Below are positions 19,144 through 30,300 of a stretch of DNA of 64,000 nucleotides, one piece after another (the first letter of the stretch is position 1; each line of letters begins with the position of its first letter). A program made the translations under genes and the position numbers. The notes under the pieces were generated by a model. That model had not been told where the DNA came from, made no database searches, and saw only the letters and a program-made list of their open reading frames with translations. The stretch lies in the NCBI GenBank assembly GCA_050287845.1, contig JBNKCR010000045.1, forward strand, positions 1-64,000, in the 5' to 3' direction. This stretch comes from Polyangia bacterium. GTDB lineage: Bacteria > Myxococcota_A > Polyangia > JAAYKL01.

Positions 19144-19587
19144 TCAGAAATCGATACCGTAGGCTTTATCCCGTTCGGAGGCAATTTTTTCAATTTCTTC
19201 CCGGGTGTACAGGCGTCCCCGGTTTACCCCGGGGCAGCATTCCTGCACTTCGCCGTTCCAGGTCTCTTCGTTCAGGTTTTCCGACCAGAAAGGCCATGCC
19301 CGGCACTGATCCGGTCGAACCGCATACGCCACACACCGGTTATCCTTCAGAAAATTGCAATTCCCTTCAATCATGGTGAGGTGTACATTGCCATATTCAT
19401 CATTGGCACAATGGTGGTTCAGAAAATCAATATGGGTCTTCCCCAGATGGGTGCTGATTTCTTCAATGTTCCGGTGGGTCAGATACACATAGGCATAATC
19501 GCCATGGGTCGTGCAACAGTTTCCGCATCCGGTACACTCAAACCGCAATCCATTTTTATAAAATTCAATATTTTTTTCGTCGGTCAC
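19144..19587 (-). CDS. YkgJ-family cysteine-cluster protein
   Basis: FECTGCGNCC, CNFL...C..Y..RPDQCRAWPFW, CPG. Confidence 0.9.
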   Translation of the reverse strand: MTDEKNIEFYKNGLRFECTGCGNCCTTHGDYAYVYLTHRNIEEISTHLGKTHIDFLNHHCANDEYGNVHLTMIEGNCNFLKDNRCVAYAVRPDQCRAWPFWSENLNEETWNGEVQECCPGVNRGRLYTREEIEKIASERDKAYGIDF

Positions 19588-19605
19588 GGCGGGCTCACAA
19601 AAAGG

Positions 19606-20880
19606 TTATTTTTTATTTTTCAACCAGGGAATATAAGCACGGGCCTCCGGGGCTTCCTTCGCGGCGGTGGCAAATACTCTGGCGCCCAGTTTCAGCAGGT
19701 CCTTTGTGCTCTTCACCCGTCCAATGGGCGCATCTCCCACTTCAGAAAATCCCTGTTCATCGGGGGTCAACCGCTCCCAGTTGTGGAACAGTCGACCCCA
19801 GTGGCTCTGCAACACTTCATACACCTGGTCATTTCCATTGTGTGGATACCAGTACAAATCATGGTAGGCCACCGATGCGAGATAGGCCCAGGGCGCCATC
19901 CAGGTTTTCAGTGACCACTCCACTGCGTTCTTCAACTTTCCCCAGTAAATCTGATGCTGCATTTTTGAAGCGAATGTCAGTTCCTCAGTGGGATCCGTGA
20001 AGTTCCATCGTTCCCTGGCCGCATCCAGGTCTCCCACGATTTCAATTTCATCCGGATTCCCCACGCCCAACCCCAGCTCATGGGCCGTGCGAATAAATTT
20101 GAGATCCATGGGATTGTATCCCATCAATCTGGCTGCCACCGCATCAATGGCCACCTGATCTGCAGACGCCAGCAACACATCCTTGACCACCGGCCGCATG
20201 CACCTTGGCCCGGGACCGTCGCCGGCAAATGTGCCATCCATCACGGCAAATACGCCGGGGTGTATCTTTTTCTGAATCATCAACAAATCCACCAGGGTTT
20301 CGTGAATCACCGGATGGGTCCAGTGCCGGTGTTCGTTCAGCAGACCGCCAAACGCGTTTTTCATGGCGCCGGTGGTGGTGGTGAACACATGATTTTTCAC
20401 CGTGGGCAGATGAATAATATTTTCGCCGATGAACCGTTTGGGAATATTGAAACCATCGGGATATACGTCGTTCAATACCAGAAATTTGTCCGCCAAATCC
20501 CCCACGGCTTCCCGCACCGGAATCCACGGTTCCCCTTCGTACAGGTGAACATTGCGCAGTCCATACTGCTCAATCACATTGAGCTGCTTGTTTTCCCGCT
20601 CGCCCAGATGCGCGTCAATCACCACGGTTCGATTGTGACAGCCGTGAATCCGCGACGCATCGTAACCATCCTTCAACATGGCGTTGATAACCCCATCGAG
20701 CTGCCACGGCGTTGTGGACGCCGCCGGATAAAAGAAATGCCAGCTGATGTTAATCTTCAGCGCGGTATCCGCGTCTCTGGAAATCACATCCTGATACCCG
20801 GCCAGGTTCATTAACTCATGATAATCCGCCCGCACCGTTTTCGGCGTGGTTCGCAATATGGCTACTTTTGATTTTGTCAT
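19606..20880 (-). CDS. DUF362 domain protein
   Basis: LKINISW, HLPTVKNH, TTTGAMKNAFGG, VMDGTFAGDGPGP, DQVAIDAV. Confidence 0.85.
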   Translation of the reverse strand: MTKSKVAILRTTPKTVRADYHELMNLAGYQDVISRDADTALKINISWHFFYPAASTTPWQLDGVINAMLKDGYDASRIHGCHNRTVVIDAHLGERENKQLNVIEQYGLRNVHLYEGEPWIPVREAVGDLADKFLVLNDVYPDGFNIPKRFIGENIIHLPTVKNHVFTTTTGAMKNAFGGLLNEHRHWTHPVIHETLVDLLMIQKKIHPGVFAVMDGTFAGDGPGPRCMRPVVKDVLLASADQVAIDAVAARLMGYNPMDLKFIRTAHELGLGVGNPDEIEIVGDLDAARERWNFTDPTEELTFASKMQHQIYWGKLKNAVEWSLKTWMAPWAYLASVAYHDLYWYPHNGNDQVYEVLQSHWGRLFHNWERLTPDEQGFSEVGDAPIGRVKSTKDLLKLGARVFATAAKEAPEARAYIPWLKNKK

Positions 20881-21006
20881 GGCTTCCTCATCGATTGCGA
20901 CTGAACGCTGGTGATAATGCTTTAATGGTCGAGGAGAATACGCACCTCGCGATGAAATCGATATATCACAACTTGAAGGCGTGTAACGTAATTATTTGAA
21001 GGAGAC

Positions 21007-21168
21007 TCAATCCTTCAATTCGAGGGCAATGGGCTCATCGCCCATTTTTTCGACCACGTAATTGCAGAACGTTTTCAATTCTTCTTTGCAGCAGTTGATA
21101 TCCTGTGCGTCATCTATCCGCGACAGCAACTCCGCAACAAACTCTGATATTGGCATTTCTTTTTTCAT
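21007..21168 (-). CDS. Small 53-aa protein, not in the ORF track
   Basis: MKKEMPISEFVAELLSRIDDAQDINCCKEELKTFCNYVVEKMGDEPIALELKD*; purine-rich GGAAAGGGAA upstream; co-oriented with its neighbours. Confidence 0.6.
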   Translation of the reverse strand: MKKEMPISEFVAELLSRIDDAQDINCCKEELKTFCNYVVEKMGDEPIALELKD

Positions 21169-21353
21169 TTTTCATTCCCTTTCCGGGGGAACCGCATTCA
21201 CGGTTTTTTTTTGACGCAAATGGCATGTTGATTCCCCAAAACACTTTTTATCCATTCATGTGCAATTCTCCTTATGGTTAGCACTCCGGCATCAATGTGC
21301 AAACGATATGCAACGGAAATTCGCGGCAGAAATGCAGGACAGACGATTTGGAT

Positions 21354-24300
21354 TCACTGCCGGCCCTTGGGGGATTCTCCCGGGCCATCGGTGGTGGGGG
21401 CATCGGTGGCGTCTGCCGGCAATGGAATGAGAGCCGTGCCCGTCATGTTTTTCAGCATCGCCTCCAGATTGGCCTTCTGCTGAATCTGCGCCAATTTTTC
21501 ATAGGCCTCTTTTTCCCGGGACAATTCCACATAGGTTCGCGTGTTCTTGACCGCCTTGTCAAAATTGAGCGCATTGTCATGACATAACCCCAGATAATAA
21601 TAAATATCGGGATGTCGCTCCACGTAGGGCGCATATTCCCTGGCCAGCTGGGTCAACACGGTAATGGCATCCTCGCACTCGGTGCTGTCGGTGGGGCTGG
21701 CGTTGCGAAAATGCAGATACCCTTTCAGATGCAGCATGGCCGGTCCGGCCAGACGCCACTGTTTTTCCGGCAGCAGCAGAAACTGTCCCAGGGCAAACTG
21801 GTACGCCTTTTTTTTAAGGGAATCGTGAATGGCATCCACCTGACGGTCCAGTTCGGCAATCTCCGAATCCGACATGCCGGCGGCCGGTTGCAGCGGCTCA
21901 AACACAGGGTCCTCCGCCGCGGCCCGTCCCTGCAACAGCAACAGGATTCGCGCCGCCAAATCCACGTCATCAAGGGTCCGATCGATTTTCAATGCTTTTT
22001 TCACAAACGCTCCCGCTTCAGACTTGCGTCCATTCATCAGCAGTGACATGGCCATTCGCGCGTAGTTTTCTGCCTTGTCTGCGCCATCGCCAAGTCCGGT
22101 GATTGCCCCATGCAGCTTACCGAACTTCCAGCTGCTGGTGTAAATCGTGGCCAGATATCCCGCAAATTTCCGGAAAGAAATCAAATCCCGGGGCGCCGCG
22201 AACTCAATGTGCGCATTATCATCGGTATTGATGGGAAGATCTGCCCACTTTTCTTTATCCGGCCCATTGGTATATGCCAACACTTCATCCCGATTGGCCA
22301 GCAGAATCCGGGCGAACACATCGGTGGCGCTGAAAATGTATGCGCGGTTCAACTCCTTCTGCACCCGCTTCTGACGCAGGATGCCGTCAATGCGTTCCAG
22401 GTTGAACGCCAGTGGCTCAAACGACCCCAGCAGCACCGTGTCGGACGACAGATCTTCCGCACTGAACAGCATCACGTGGGGATACACGCTGGCAAACGTT
22501 CGAAAAATGGTGCGGATATTTTCCGGGGACATCTCATACAGCTGCACCCACTGGGCAAAAATGCCATCCTCCCGGAGCGCTTTTGAAGAGGACCGGAAGG
22601 CATCGGCAGTGAACATGTTGGAAACCCCGGTAATCCACGGATTGGAAGGCTCCGAAATAATCACATCGTACCTGCCGGGGGACGCTGCCAGAAAATTGCG
22701 GCCGTCATTGGCAAACACCGACAATCGGTCATTTATCACAAACGTATCGGGATCGCTCCAGTCAAACGCCGGGGAGTCCTGATTGCGATACACCAGATGA
22801 TTCACGTCGAATTCCGGTTGGACCGGCGCCCCTTCCATCCCGCCAAACACCGAAGACGCCTCAATTACCGCGCTTTCCAGTTCCACACAATCCACATGGC
22901 GAACGGGAAATGCCAGGGCGGACCCCACAGTGACCCCCGAACCGAATCCCACAATGGCCACATCCAGGTCTTCGGGGCCGCTGGGATGAAACAGCAGCGG
23001 ATACGCCGACACCATTACCTGAGTGGGCATGTCATCGCCGTTTGACGCATCGACCTTGCCGTTGTTCTTGAGCGCGATATGCCTCCCCCACATCTCAATG
23101 GACACAGTGGTGGTGACGCCATCGAAGTAATACTTGATGTCCGGTGCGCCCCACGACTCCTCATCGAGGGCGTCCTCCATCAGGGAAATGCGAAACACGC
23201 CGATGGTCAGCTTGGCCGGGTCCCAGCCCGGCACTCCCAGCAGAAACATTCCGGTCAGCAGCACCGCCGGTACCGCCATCACAATCCGCTTCAGCCGGTG
23301 AACACCGGGCATCACCAGCAACAGACTCACCCCGATGGCGGCATAGATGCCCACCGAAAGAAAATACGAACTCTGCATGCCGGCGCCGTCGAACGTGCGG
23401 GAGAAAAGGGGCACAAACACAAACGCCGAAAGAAATGACCCGCAGATGGCGCCCAGGGTATTGAGGGCGTACACACTACCCACATCCTTGCCCACACTCC
23501 CCAGGGAGCTGGTCACCGCCTTGATGGTCAACGGAAATGTGGCGCCCATGCCGAAGGTCACCGGCACCACCGGCAACGACGCCACAATGAACATAATGAA
23601 CTGCACCAGTCCCACGTGTTCTTCGTAGTCGTGAATATTGGCCGTTACCATTCTGGCAAACAGATGGGGCAGGTCATCCATGTAGAAATAACTCACCATG
23701 GCCGTTCCCGCGATGGCCAGTTCCACCAGGGCCAGCACGAAAACCGGATTCTTCATCCGTCTGGACAATCTGGAAAACACGGCAGAGCCGGATGCCAGTC
23801 CCATCAGAAACGCTATGAGCACAATGGCAAACGAATACACCGAAGCGCCGATAATCATGGCCATGGCCCGGTTCCAGACCACCTGCAGATTCATGGAGGC
23901 CAGCCCCGACAGAAAAAAGGCGAACACCACAAACCACCTGGCCAGTCGGGAAACCGGAACCATCTCCACCGTTTTCACTCCCAACACGTCTGCCTCGTCG
24001 GCCTCGGCGTCATCCTCTTCTGTGGCTTTTTCGTCTTCAGCGGGGGAATTCAAACGATTGCGATAAATCACAATGACCATACACAGCACGATATTGATGG
24101 CCCCGGCGGTCACATTCGTCGCCCACAGTCCGATGGTTTTGAGCAGAATGAAAGTGGCGGCAAACACACCGAGAACCGCGCCGATGGTGTTTAATGTATA
24201 CAAAAGACCAATGCGCTGCCCCGCGCGCTTCATATGGGTTGCACTCCGCATGAAATGTCTGGAGAGCAGGGGCAGCGTCGCCCCCATACAGGTAGCGGGA

Positions 24301-24671
24301 ATAATGAGCACCAACGCCACCGCTACAAACCGAACCACGGAAAACAGCAGAAAATTGTTTCCCAGATGCCGGGTCATCATCGCATTCACATGGGGATAGA
24401 CATAATGAATGATCAGGGGAATGATGAACGCGCATACCCCCACAACTCCCTCGGCAATGGCGTAGGCCACCACCGGCTGTCGGATGCGATCGGCGTATTT
24501 GCCAAAAAGCCATGAGCCCAGGGCCAGTCCTCCCATGAAACAGGTGAGCACCGTGGACACCGCAAGGGTTGTGGCGCCGAATACGTGTTCCAGATAGCGA
24601 ATCCAGATGGTTTCAAGGGTCAGACTGGAAAATCCAGAAAGTATGAATGCGATAAGTACGAGTGGGTGCAC
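21354..24671 (-). CDS. Fused membrane (MFS-like) / spermidine synthase-like protein with a TPR-like C-terminus
   Basis: Two-fold TM repeat (LSGFSSL.LE..W / LSGLASM.LQ..W; LYTLNTIGA / VYALNTLGA); NGKVDAS, VGFGSGVT, VELE, DGRNFL, YDVIISEPSNPW. Confidence 0.9.
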   Translation of the reverse strand: MHPLVLIAFILSGFSSLTLETIWIRYLEHVFGATTLAVSTVLTCFMGGLALGSWLFGKYADRIRQPVVAYAIAEGVVGVCAFIIPLIIHYVYPHVNAMMTRHLGNNFLLFSVVRFVAVALVLIIPATCMGATLPLLSRHFMRSATHMKRAGQRIGLLYTLNTIGAVLGVFAATFILLKTIGLWATNVTAGAINIVLCMVIVIYRNRLNSPAEDEKATEEDDAEADEADVLGVKTVEMVPVSRLARWFVVFAFFLSGLASMNLQVVWNRAMAMIIGASVYSFAIVLIAFLMGLASGSAVFSRLSRRMKNPVFVLALVELAIAGTAMVSYFYMDDLPHLFARMVTANIHDYEEHVGLVQFIMFIVASLPVVPVTFGMGATFPLTIKAVTSSLGSVGKDVGSVYALNTLGAICGSFLSAFVFVPLFSRTFDGAGMQSSYFLSVGIYAAIGVSLLLVMPGVHRLKRIVMAVPAVLLTGMFLLGVPGWDPAKLTIGVFRISLMEDALDEESWGAPDIKYYFDGVTTTVSIEMWGRHIALKNNGKVDASNGDDMPTQVMVSAYPLLFHPSGPEDLDVAIVGFGSGVTVGSALAFPVRHVDCVELESAVIEASSVFGGMEGAPVQPEFDVNHLVYRNQDSPAFDWSDPDTFVINDRLSVFANDGRNFLAASPGRYDVIISEPSNPWITGVSNMFTADAFRSSSKALREDGIFAQWVQLYEMSPENIRTIFRTFASVYPHVMLFSAEDLSSDTVLLGSFEPLAFNLERIDGILRQKRVQKELNRAYIFSATDVFARILLANRDEVLAYTNGPDKEKWADLPINTDDNAHIEFAAPRDLISFRKFAGYLATIYTSSWKFGKLHGAITGLGDGADKAENYARMAMSLLMNGRKSEAGAFVKKALKIDRTLDDVDLAARILLLLQGRAAAEDPVFEPLQPAAGMSDSEIAELDRQVDAIHDSLKKKAYQFALGQFLLLPEKQWRLAGPAMLHLKGYLHFRNASPTDSTECEDAITVLTQLAREYAPYVERHPDIYYYLGLCHDNALNFDKAVKNTRTYVELSREKEAYEKLAQIQQKANLEAMLKNMTGTALIPLPADATDAPTTDGPGESPKGRQ

Positions 24672-24708
24672 TGGGTGTCCTTAATGAATAATAAAGGGGG
24701 ACAAGCCG

Positions 24709-25350
24709 CTACGCCGCCCCGCTGCGATCTGCCGACCATTGGCCCGGATCAACCTGCCATGTGGCGATAATCTCTTTCTGCTCCGCATTCAGCGTGCCCA
24801 GCTCCTGGGCCACATCCATCAGGGCTTCGAAGGTGGTCAATGTATCAAACGGTATCTTCGCGTCCGCAAACTGCTGAACCGCCTTCTGCAGTCCATAGGT
24901 GAAAATGGCCGCAACCCCCAGTAAATCCCCCCCCGCATCCACCACACCATTGGCGGCGTCAATGGAACTTTTACCGGTGGAAATCAAATCCTCAATCATT
25001 ACCACCTTCTGCCCCGGCTTGAGGGTGCCTTCAATGCGATTTTCTTTCCCGTGTCCCTTGGCGCTTCCCCGGACATACACCATGGGCAGGTTCATCATGT
25101 CCGCCACCCAGGCCGCATGGGGAATTCCCGCTGTGGCGGTGCCGGCAATCACATCCGGTTGCCACCCATTCCGCTCCATCAGCGCCACAAACTCCGACGC
25201 CACCTTCTTTCGATCGTTCGGGCTGGAAATGATGAGACGGTTGTCACAATAGATAGGTGATTTCCGTCCCGACGCCCAGGTGAACGGTGGGTCCAGTCGA
25301 AGCGCCACCGCGTTCAAATCAAGCAGTATTTTCGCAATTTCCTGTTTCAT
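24709..25350 (-). CDS. pyrE: Orotate phosphoribosyltransferase
   Basis: FTWASGRKSPIYCDNR, AGTATAGIPHA, VVMIEDLISTGKS. Confidence 0.96.
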   Translation of the reverse strand: MKQEIAKILLDLNAVALRLDPPFTWASGRKSPIYCDNRLIISSPNDRKKVASEFVALMERNGWQPDVIAGTATAGIPHAAWVADMMNLPMVYVRGSAKGHGKENRIEGTLKPGQKVVMIEDLISTGKSSIDAANGVVDAGGDLLGVAAIFTYGLQKAVQQFADAKIPFDTLTTFEALMDVAQELGTLNAEQKEIIATWQVDPGQWSADRSGAA

Positions 25351-25377
25351 CTTATCTCCATTTTCATCTTGCAGTTG

Positions 25378-26244
25378 TCATTTTTCGGCTTTCGGATAAC
25401 TGAAGCTGACCAGACTGAATACAATATCTTCGCGACCGCCGCGGCCTTCATAGATGACCCGGCGCCGGACCATCCCGATGCCCGGCGCAAACCACGCGGT
25501 TTCCCGTCGGAACGGTTCCGTGGTCATCTCTGCCAGCACTTTGCGTCCCGCCTTGCCCGCCCGGATTTCCATCCGACTCAACCACGAAACGAGCCAGGCA
25601 TCAAACACCCCGGCGGGTACAACGACCTTTTCCTTCTGTTTCACCTGTGCCCGGTCGGTCTGGATCATCACGGCATCTTCCACAATAATCTCCCGATTCC
25701 TTCCCCGGGACCGGTACTCTATATTCCGTTTCGCAGCGGATTGCCAGACCGCGTCTGCAATCATATACTTCATCGCAGGCAGCCATTTCCCTTCGTGCTG
25801 ATACGGGGGACTGTCCAGATACTGCAATGGTGCAACGAAAGGCAAGTCCGAAATCTGCAGGTCCTCCCCCTGCATCCGCAGTGACACTTCCCGAACATTG
25901 TCACCGAACCCCATCTCAACGGTTCCCGGCAAATCCGGTGTCGGCGCCGCAGTGATTTCAATGTGCCAACGATCAGATGGCGCCCGGTCCCCCCGACCGG
26001 TGACCACATACACCCACCGTGCCCCTTTCACCAGGGGAAACAGAGGATGCGGCCTGCCCACAATGGGCGCCACCGGATCCGTGCCTGAATGGGTGGCGAC
26101 GGATTCCACTGATGACGAAGGGGATGTTTTCATCGATGATTCCGTACCGGAATCCCCCGGCGAGGTCGATGGCTGTGGCCACAACACCGCAACCAGCAAA
26201 CCTGCCGCAATCAGTATTAATATCACATCCCGAAGCCATCCCAT
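25378..26244 (-). CDS. Hypothetical membrane-anchored protein
   Basis: N-terminal TM; FPLVKGARWVY, EKVVVPAGVFDA and WFAPGIGMVR beta-rich motifs. Confidence 0.7.
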   Translation of the reverse strand: MGWLRDVILILIAAGLLVAVLWPQPSTSPGDSGTESSMKTSPSSSVESVATHSGTDPVAPIVGRPHPLFPLVKGARWVYVVTGRGDRAPSDRWHIEITAAPTPDLPGTVEMGFGDNVREVSLRMQGEDLQISDLPFVAPLQYLDSPPYQHEGKWLPAMKYMIADAVWQSAAKRNIEYRSRGRNREIIVEDAVMIQTDRAQVKQKEKVVVPAGVFDAWLVSWLSRMEIRAGKAGRKVLAEMTTEPFRRETAWFAPGIGMVRRRVIYEGRGGREDIVFSLVSFSYPKAEK

Positions 26245-26372
26245 GGCACGGAAGTGTAATTGAAATTCTGTCAATTGCCAGCAAAAATGCCATCGGCAAC
26301 GTCCCAGTTCAGATTTGTACGCCAACAATCCCAAAGATAATCAGAGGACCACCGGATAGAAGAGGAGCCCGC

Positions 26373-27368
26373 TCAGGGGCAGGTGAGATATTCGCAAACA
26401 TCCACGTTTTCGTATATCCGATTATTGGAAGTGGACTCCGCCGCCTCCACCCGAACAGTATACGACATCCCCGCCAGATAATCGGCGCAGGACATTCGTG
26501 CATTCAACCCCATATCGCAGGTTGCCGGAAAGGCCGCATCATCCTTGCAGAACGCGTAACAGATATTTTGCAGACAAGGAGTCCAGCCCCCCATGGGACC
26601 ACAATAGGGTTGAACGGCAAATGTGAATTCCGGCGTTTCCACATCTTTATTTCCCTGGGTGTGACCCAGAAACCGGACCACGGAATAGATGGTGTCGGGG
26701 ATTAAATCGTCACGCGATGATGACTGTATCAGAGCGTCTATTGTCGTCTGATTTGCATTCACCCCCTGGGTTACCCAGTCTGGAATATCTGGAGTGGTTG
26801 GCGCCTCATAATATGCCCTCAGTCCACTGAAGAAGACCGCGTCTCCAACATTCACCGATGACAAATCTGTGCAGCCATAAGCCGCTCTAAGCTCATTGAC
26901 AGCACCCGAGGAGATCATCGTCGCGTGCAGCAGCTCCGATGACTCCGGTGGCAAATAGTGGTTATAGTTGAAATATTCCGTTCCATTCACACTCCCTTCA
27001 TTCGGATCCAACGTATAAACTTCGTATCCATCCACCATAATCCCATTGGATTCGGCTCTCAGATTTCCGTAGTCCTCCCGGCTGATCAGGGCGTTGGTTC
27101 CGAGATAAAAAAGACTCGGGGCATCGGCCAGGGACAGATCCAGAGACACCGCAGGGGCCACAGCATCTCCTACGGATACCGTACATTCCGGTGGATCCGG
27201 GGGCGCCTTGGCATGCTCAATATAAAAAGACTGCTCGTTATCCACGCAGCCGATGGCCACTGTGAATACGAAGAAACTTAAAGCCAATCCAACTCGCACC
27301 ATGGAAAGCCTCCCTGTCGTGACCCCGAAGGCGTCGCTGCTTTTAGTATTATACTTCTTTTTCACCAT
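26373..27368 (-). CDS. Cys-containing lipoprotein downstream of pilQ
   Basis: Lipobox AIGC; begins 14 bp after the pilQ stop; the start may be 27302. Confidence 0.75.
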   Translation of the reverse strand: MVKKKYNTKSSDAFGVTTGRLSMVRVGLALSFFVFTVAIGCVDNEQSFYIEHAKAPPDPPECTVSVGDAVAPAVSLDLSLADAPSLFYLGTNALISREDYGNLRAESNGIMVDGYEVYTLDPNEGSVNGTEYFNYNHYLPPESSELLHATMISSGAVNELRAAYGCTDLSSVNVGDAVFFSGLRAYYEAPTTPDIPDWVTQGVNANQTTIDALIQSSSRDDLIPDTIYSVVRFLGHTQGNKDVETPEFTFAVQPYCGPMGGWTPCLQNICYAFCKDDAAFPATCDMGLNARMSCADYLAGMSYTVRVEAAESTSNNRIYENVDVCEYLTCP

Positions 27369-27382
27369 CGTATCACCTTCAG

Positions 27383-30300
27383 TTACTGCCCGATACTTTC
27401 GGCCCGGTTGACGATTGTTGGCGTAATGAATATCAGCATCTCCGAACGCCGGTCGGAATCCGATCTGGATTTAAACAGCCAACCGAGAATCGGTATATCT
27501 CCAAAGAACGGTACCTTCTTATAACTGCGACCATGGTTACGCGTGAAAATACCGCCAATCACCGCTGTGTGACCATCATTCACGAGCAACTCGGTCTTGG
27601 CTTCCCGTTTCAGAATGGTGGGATCCCCCCGGGCGCCTTTGTTGTTGAAGTCCGGTTCATCGCGGGTCATGTTGATATCGAGCAACACGGACCCGTCGGC
27701 GGTCACATGGGGCGTTACTGTCAGATTCAATTTGGCTTCCTTGAATGATGTCTGCACACCACTGGCGGAAACACGGCTGTATGGAATCATCGTCCCCTGC
27801 TCAATATGGGCCTGCCGATTATCCAGGGTGAGAATTTTCGGCGAACTGAGAATTCTCAGGGTGCCTTCCTCCTCCATGGCGCTGAGCCGCAGGTTGAGAT
27901 TTGCATTGTTCGAAATCGACCCCAGCGAAATTCCCAGCGCACCACCGGATCCGGTACCCGTCGCCGCCGGCAGATTCACTGCAAAATTCGGATTCGGCTG
28001 GCCGCCGGCCACCGGCGTCAGACCGGCGAGGGGGGCGTTGCTGTCCGTCGCGCCGCCCGCAACCCCCACCGAACTCGGGAAACCCAGTCCAGTCGGATTA
28101 CCGGTAGCAGAACTGGCGGCAAAATCACCGCCCCACTGAATACCGATTTCCCTGGCAAAAGTGCTGGTGGCCTCCACAATCCGGCCTTCAATGAGCACCT
28201 GCGGGGTCTGGGTATCCAGATTTCGAATGAGTGCTTCCACCTGGTCCAGTGTTTCGGCCACATCCCGTGCAATAATCACATTCGTGCGGGAATCCACTGA
28301 CAATTTTCCACGGTCCGTCAGCAAATCCTGCGCCCGGGGCATCAGCTCACCTGCTGTCGCATAAGAAACTGGAATCAAACGGGTTTCAAGAGGCTTAAGT
28401 TCCTTATTCATCTTGATGCGCTCAATGGCCTTCTCGTATTCTGCCTCCAGCACCGCCAACGGAGCTACCCGGATCAGATTACCCTGTTTCACCTTGCCCA
28501 GCCCCTTGGTCTGCAGTATCACATCCAGCGCCTGATCCCACGGCACCTCCCGCATGCGGATGGTCACCGACCCCTTCACATCCTCAGATGTGATGATATT
28601 GACCTGCCCCACATCCGCCAGCAGCCGAAGAATGTTGTGAATATCCGCATTCTTGAAATCCAGATCAATTCTACGGCCGGTGTATTTTTCCTTTCGTTGC
28701 GACAAATCCGCCAGCGTCACCGAGTAGGCCGCCGTTCGTTCGGTCGGATATGCGTATGCGTCATTCTTCTCCCGATGCACCACCCGGGATGCACTGCCCA
28801 GCGGCGCTGCCGAGTCTTTACCGGTCGCGCCATTGTCCGTGAACAGCCATTCGATGGATCCATCCCGCACATCCACCCGATTTGCGGCATGGCGACCCAG
28901 TTTCACCTCCACCCGTACCTTGTTGTCCTGACGGTACGAACTGATGGAATCAATGACGCCGCCGAAATCGCGTACATCCAGCGTCCGCTCCAGCATGGGC
29001 AGCAACCGGGCATCTGAAAACTCCATCACCATCACCCGGTTATTCTTTTCGGATTTTGAATATCGGAATTCGCCACTGCCGTTAATCACCACTTTCTGGC
29101 TGGCGCCCTTATTCACAAACTTAATATCCTGAATGGCATTGGCTGCCGCCGCCGCCGTTGCTTTCCGTTCAGCTGAAAGCGATTTTTTGGGCGATTTTTT
29201 TGACTTCACCTTCTGGGCCGCTCTGGACTGTTCGGGGACGTCAGCGTACTTCTGCTGCAACTCCGCAAGGCGCTGCAGGCGAAGCTCCTCCTGGGTCACT
29301 TTTTTATTCCCGCTTTCGTCGGCGTCGCTTTTTTCAACGGCACTGTTCTTCGCCGCTGGCTCACTGACAGTATTTTTCGCCTGAACAATCGGTACAGTCG
29401 AAGCATATGGCGCTGAATTCGCCTTTGATTTCGCGGCTTCAAGACGCGCCTTCTGTTCCGCGGCAATAGCTTCCTCCGCCTTTTTCCGCAATTGCGCCAC
29501 ATTCAACTCAGCCTGTTTCTTCTCGGCCAGGGCTGCTTTTTTCACCTCTTCTGCCCGCTTCAGTGCACGCGTCAGCGCTACCTCTGCCTTCTTCGCCTCA
29601 GCCGATGCTTTCTCGGACTGTTTCTCCAGCTCTGCGATCCGCTTCTTCTGATCCACAATCGTCCGGTTGGCATCGTCCAGTCGCGCCGTCACTGCATTGA
29701 TTCTGGCCACCACGCCATCGGTTTTTGACTGGGCATCCCGGGTTGCCGCCTCGGCCTCCTTTACCCGATCCTGCGCAGCTCTGAGTCTCGACGCAGCCGT
29801 GTCCTTCCATTTTTGAGATTCCTTGAGAATCCGCGCTCTCTCGGCCTCATGGGCAACAATTACCCGTTCCTTTTCCTCTCTTGCCGCGCGGGCATCAGCT
29901 TCTGCCGCAGCGACGGCATCTCCCAGTTTGGCCAACTTCTTCTCATAAGAATTTCTCTGGGTTGCGATTTTGGCTTCCGCTTCCTGTCTGGCCGTTTCTG
30001 CCCGCTCACTTTTTCGCTCCGCAATTTTCAATGCCCGAAGGGTTTCATCCAGCTTCGAGTCAATCTCCTGATGGCGGGTTTCGGCTGCCACATACCGCTT
30101 CCTGGCCGAAACCGTCTCCTGCTGACGCTGCTGCAACTTTCGATACAGATAATCCCGATCCTTCTTATTGGCCGCACGGTATGCCTTTTCAGCCTCTTTC
30201 TGGGCCAATCGAGCGCGCTCCGCCTGCTTCCGGGCAGTTTCCTTCTCCATGAATGCCGACTTCACGCTGACCTTCATGTCCTCCACCGCCTGCATCGCTT

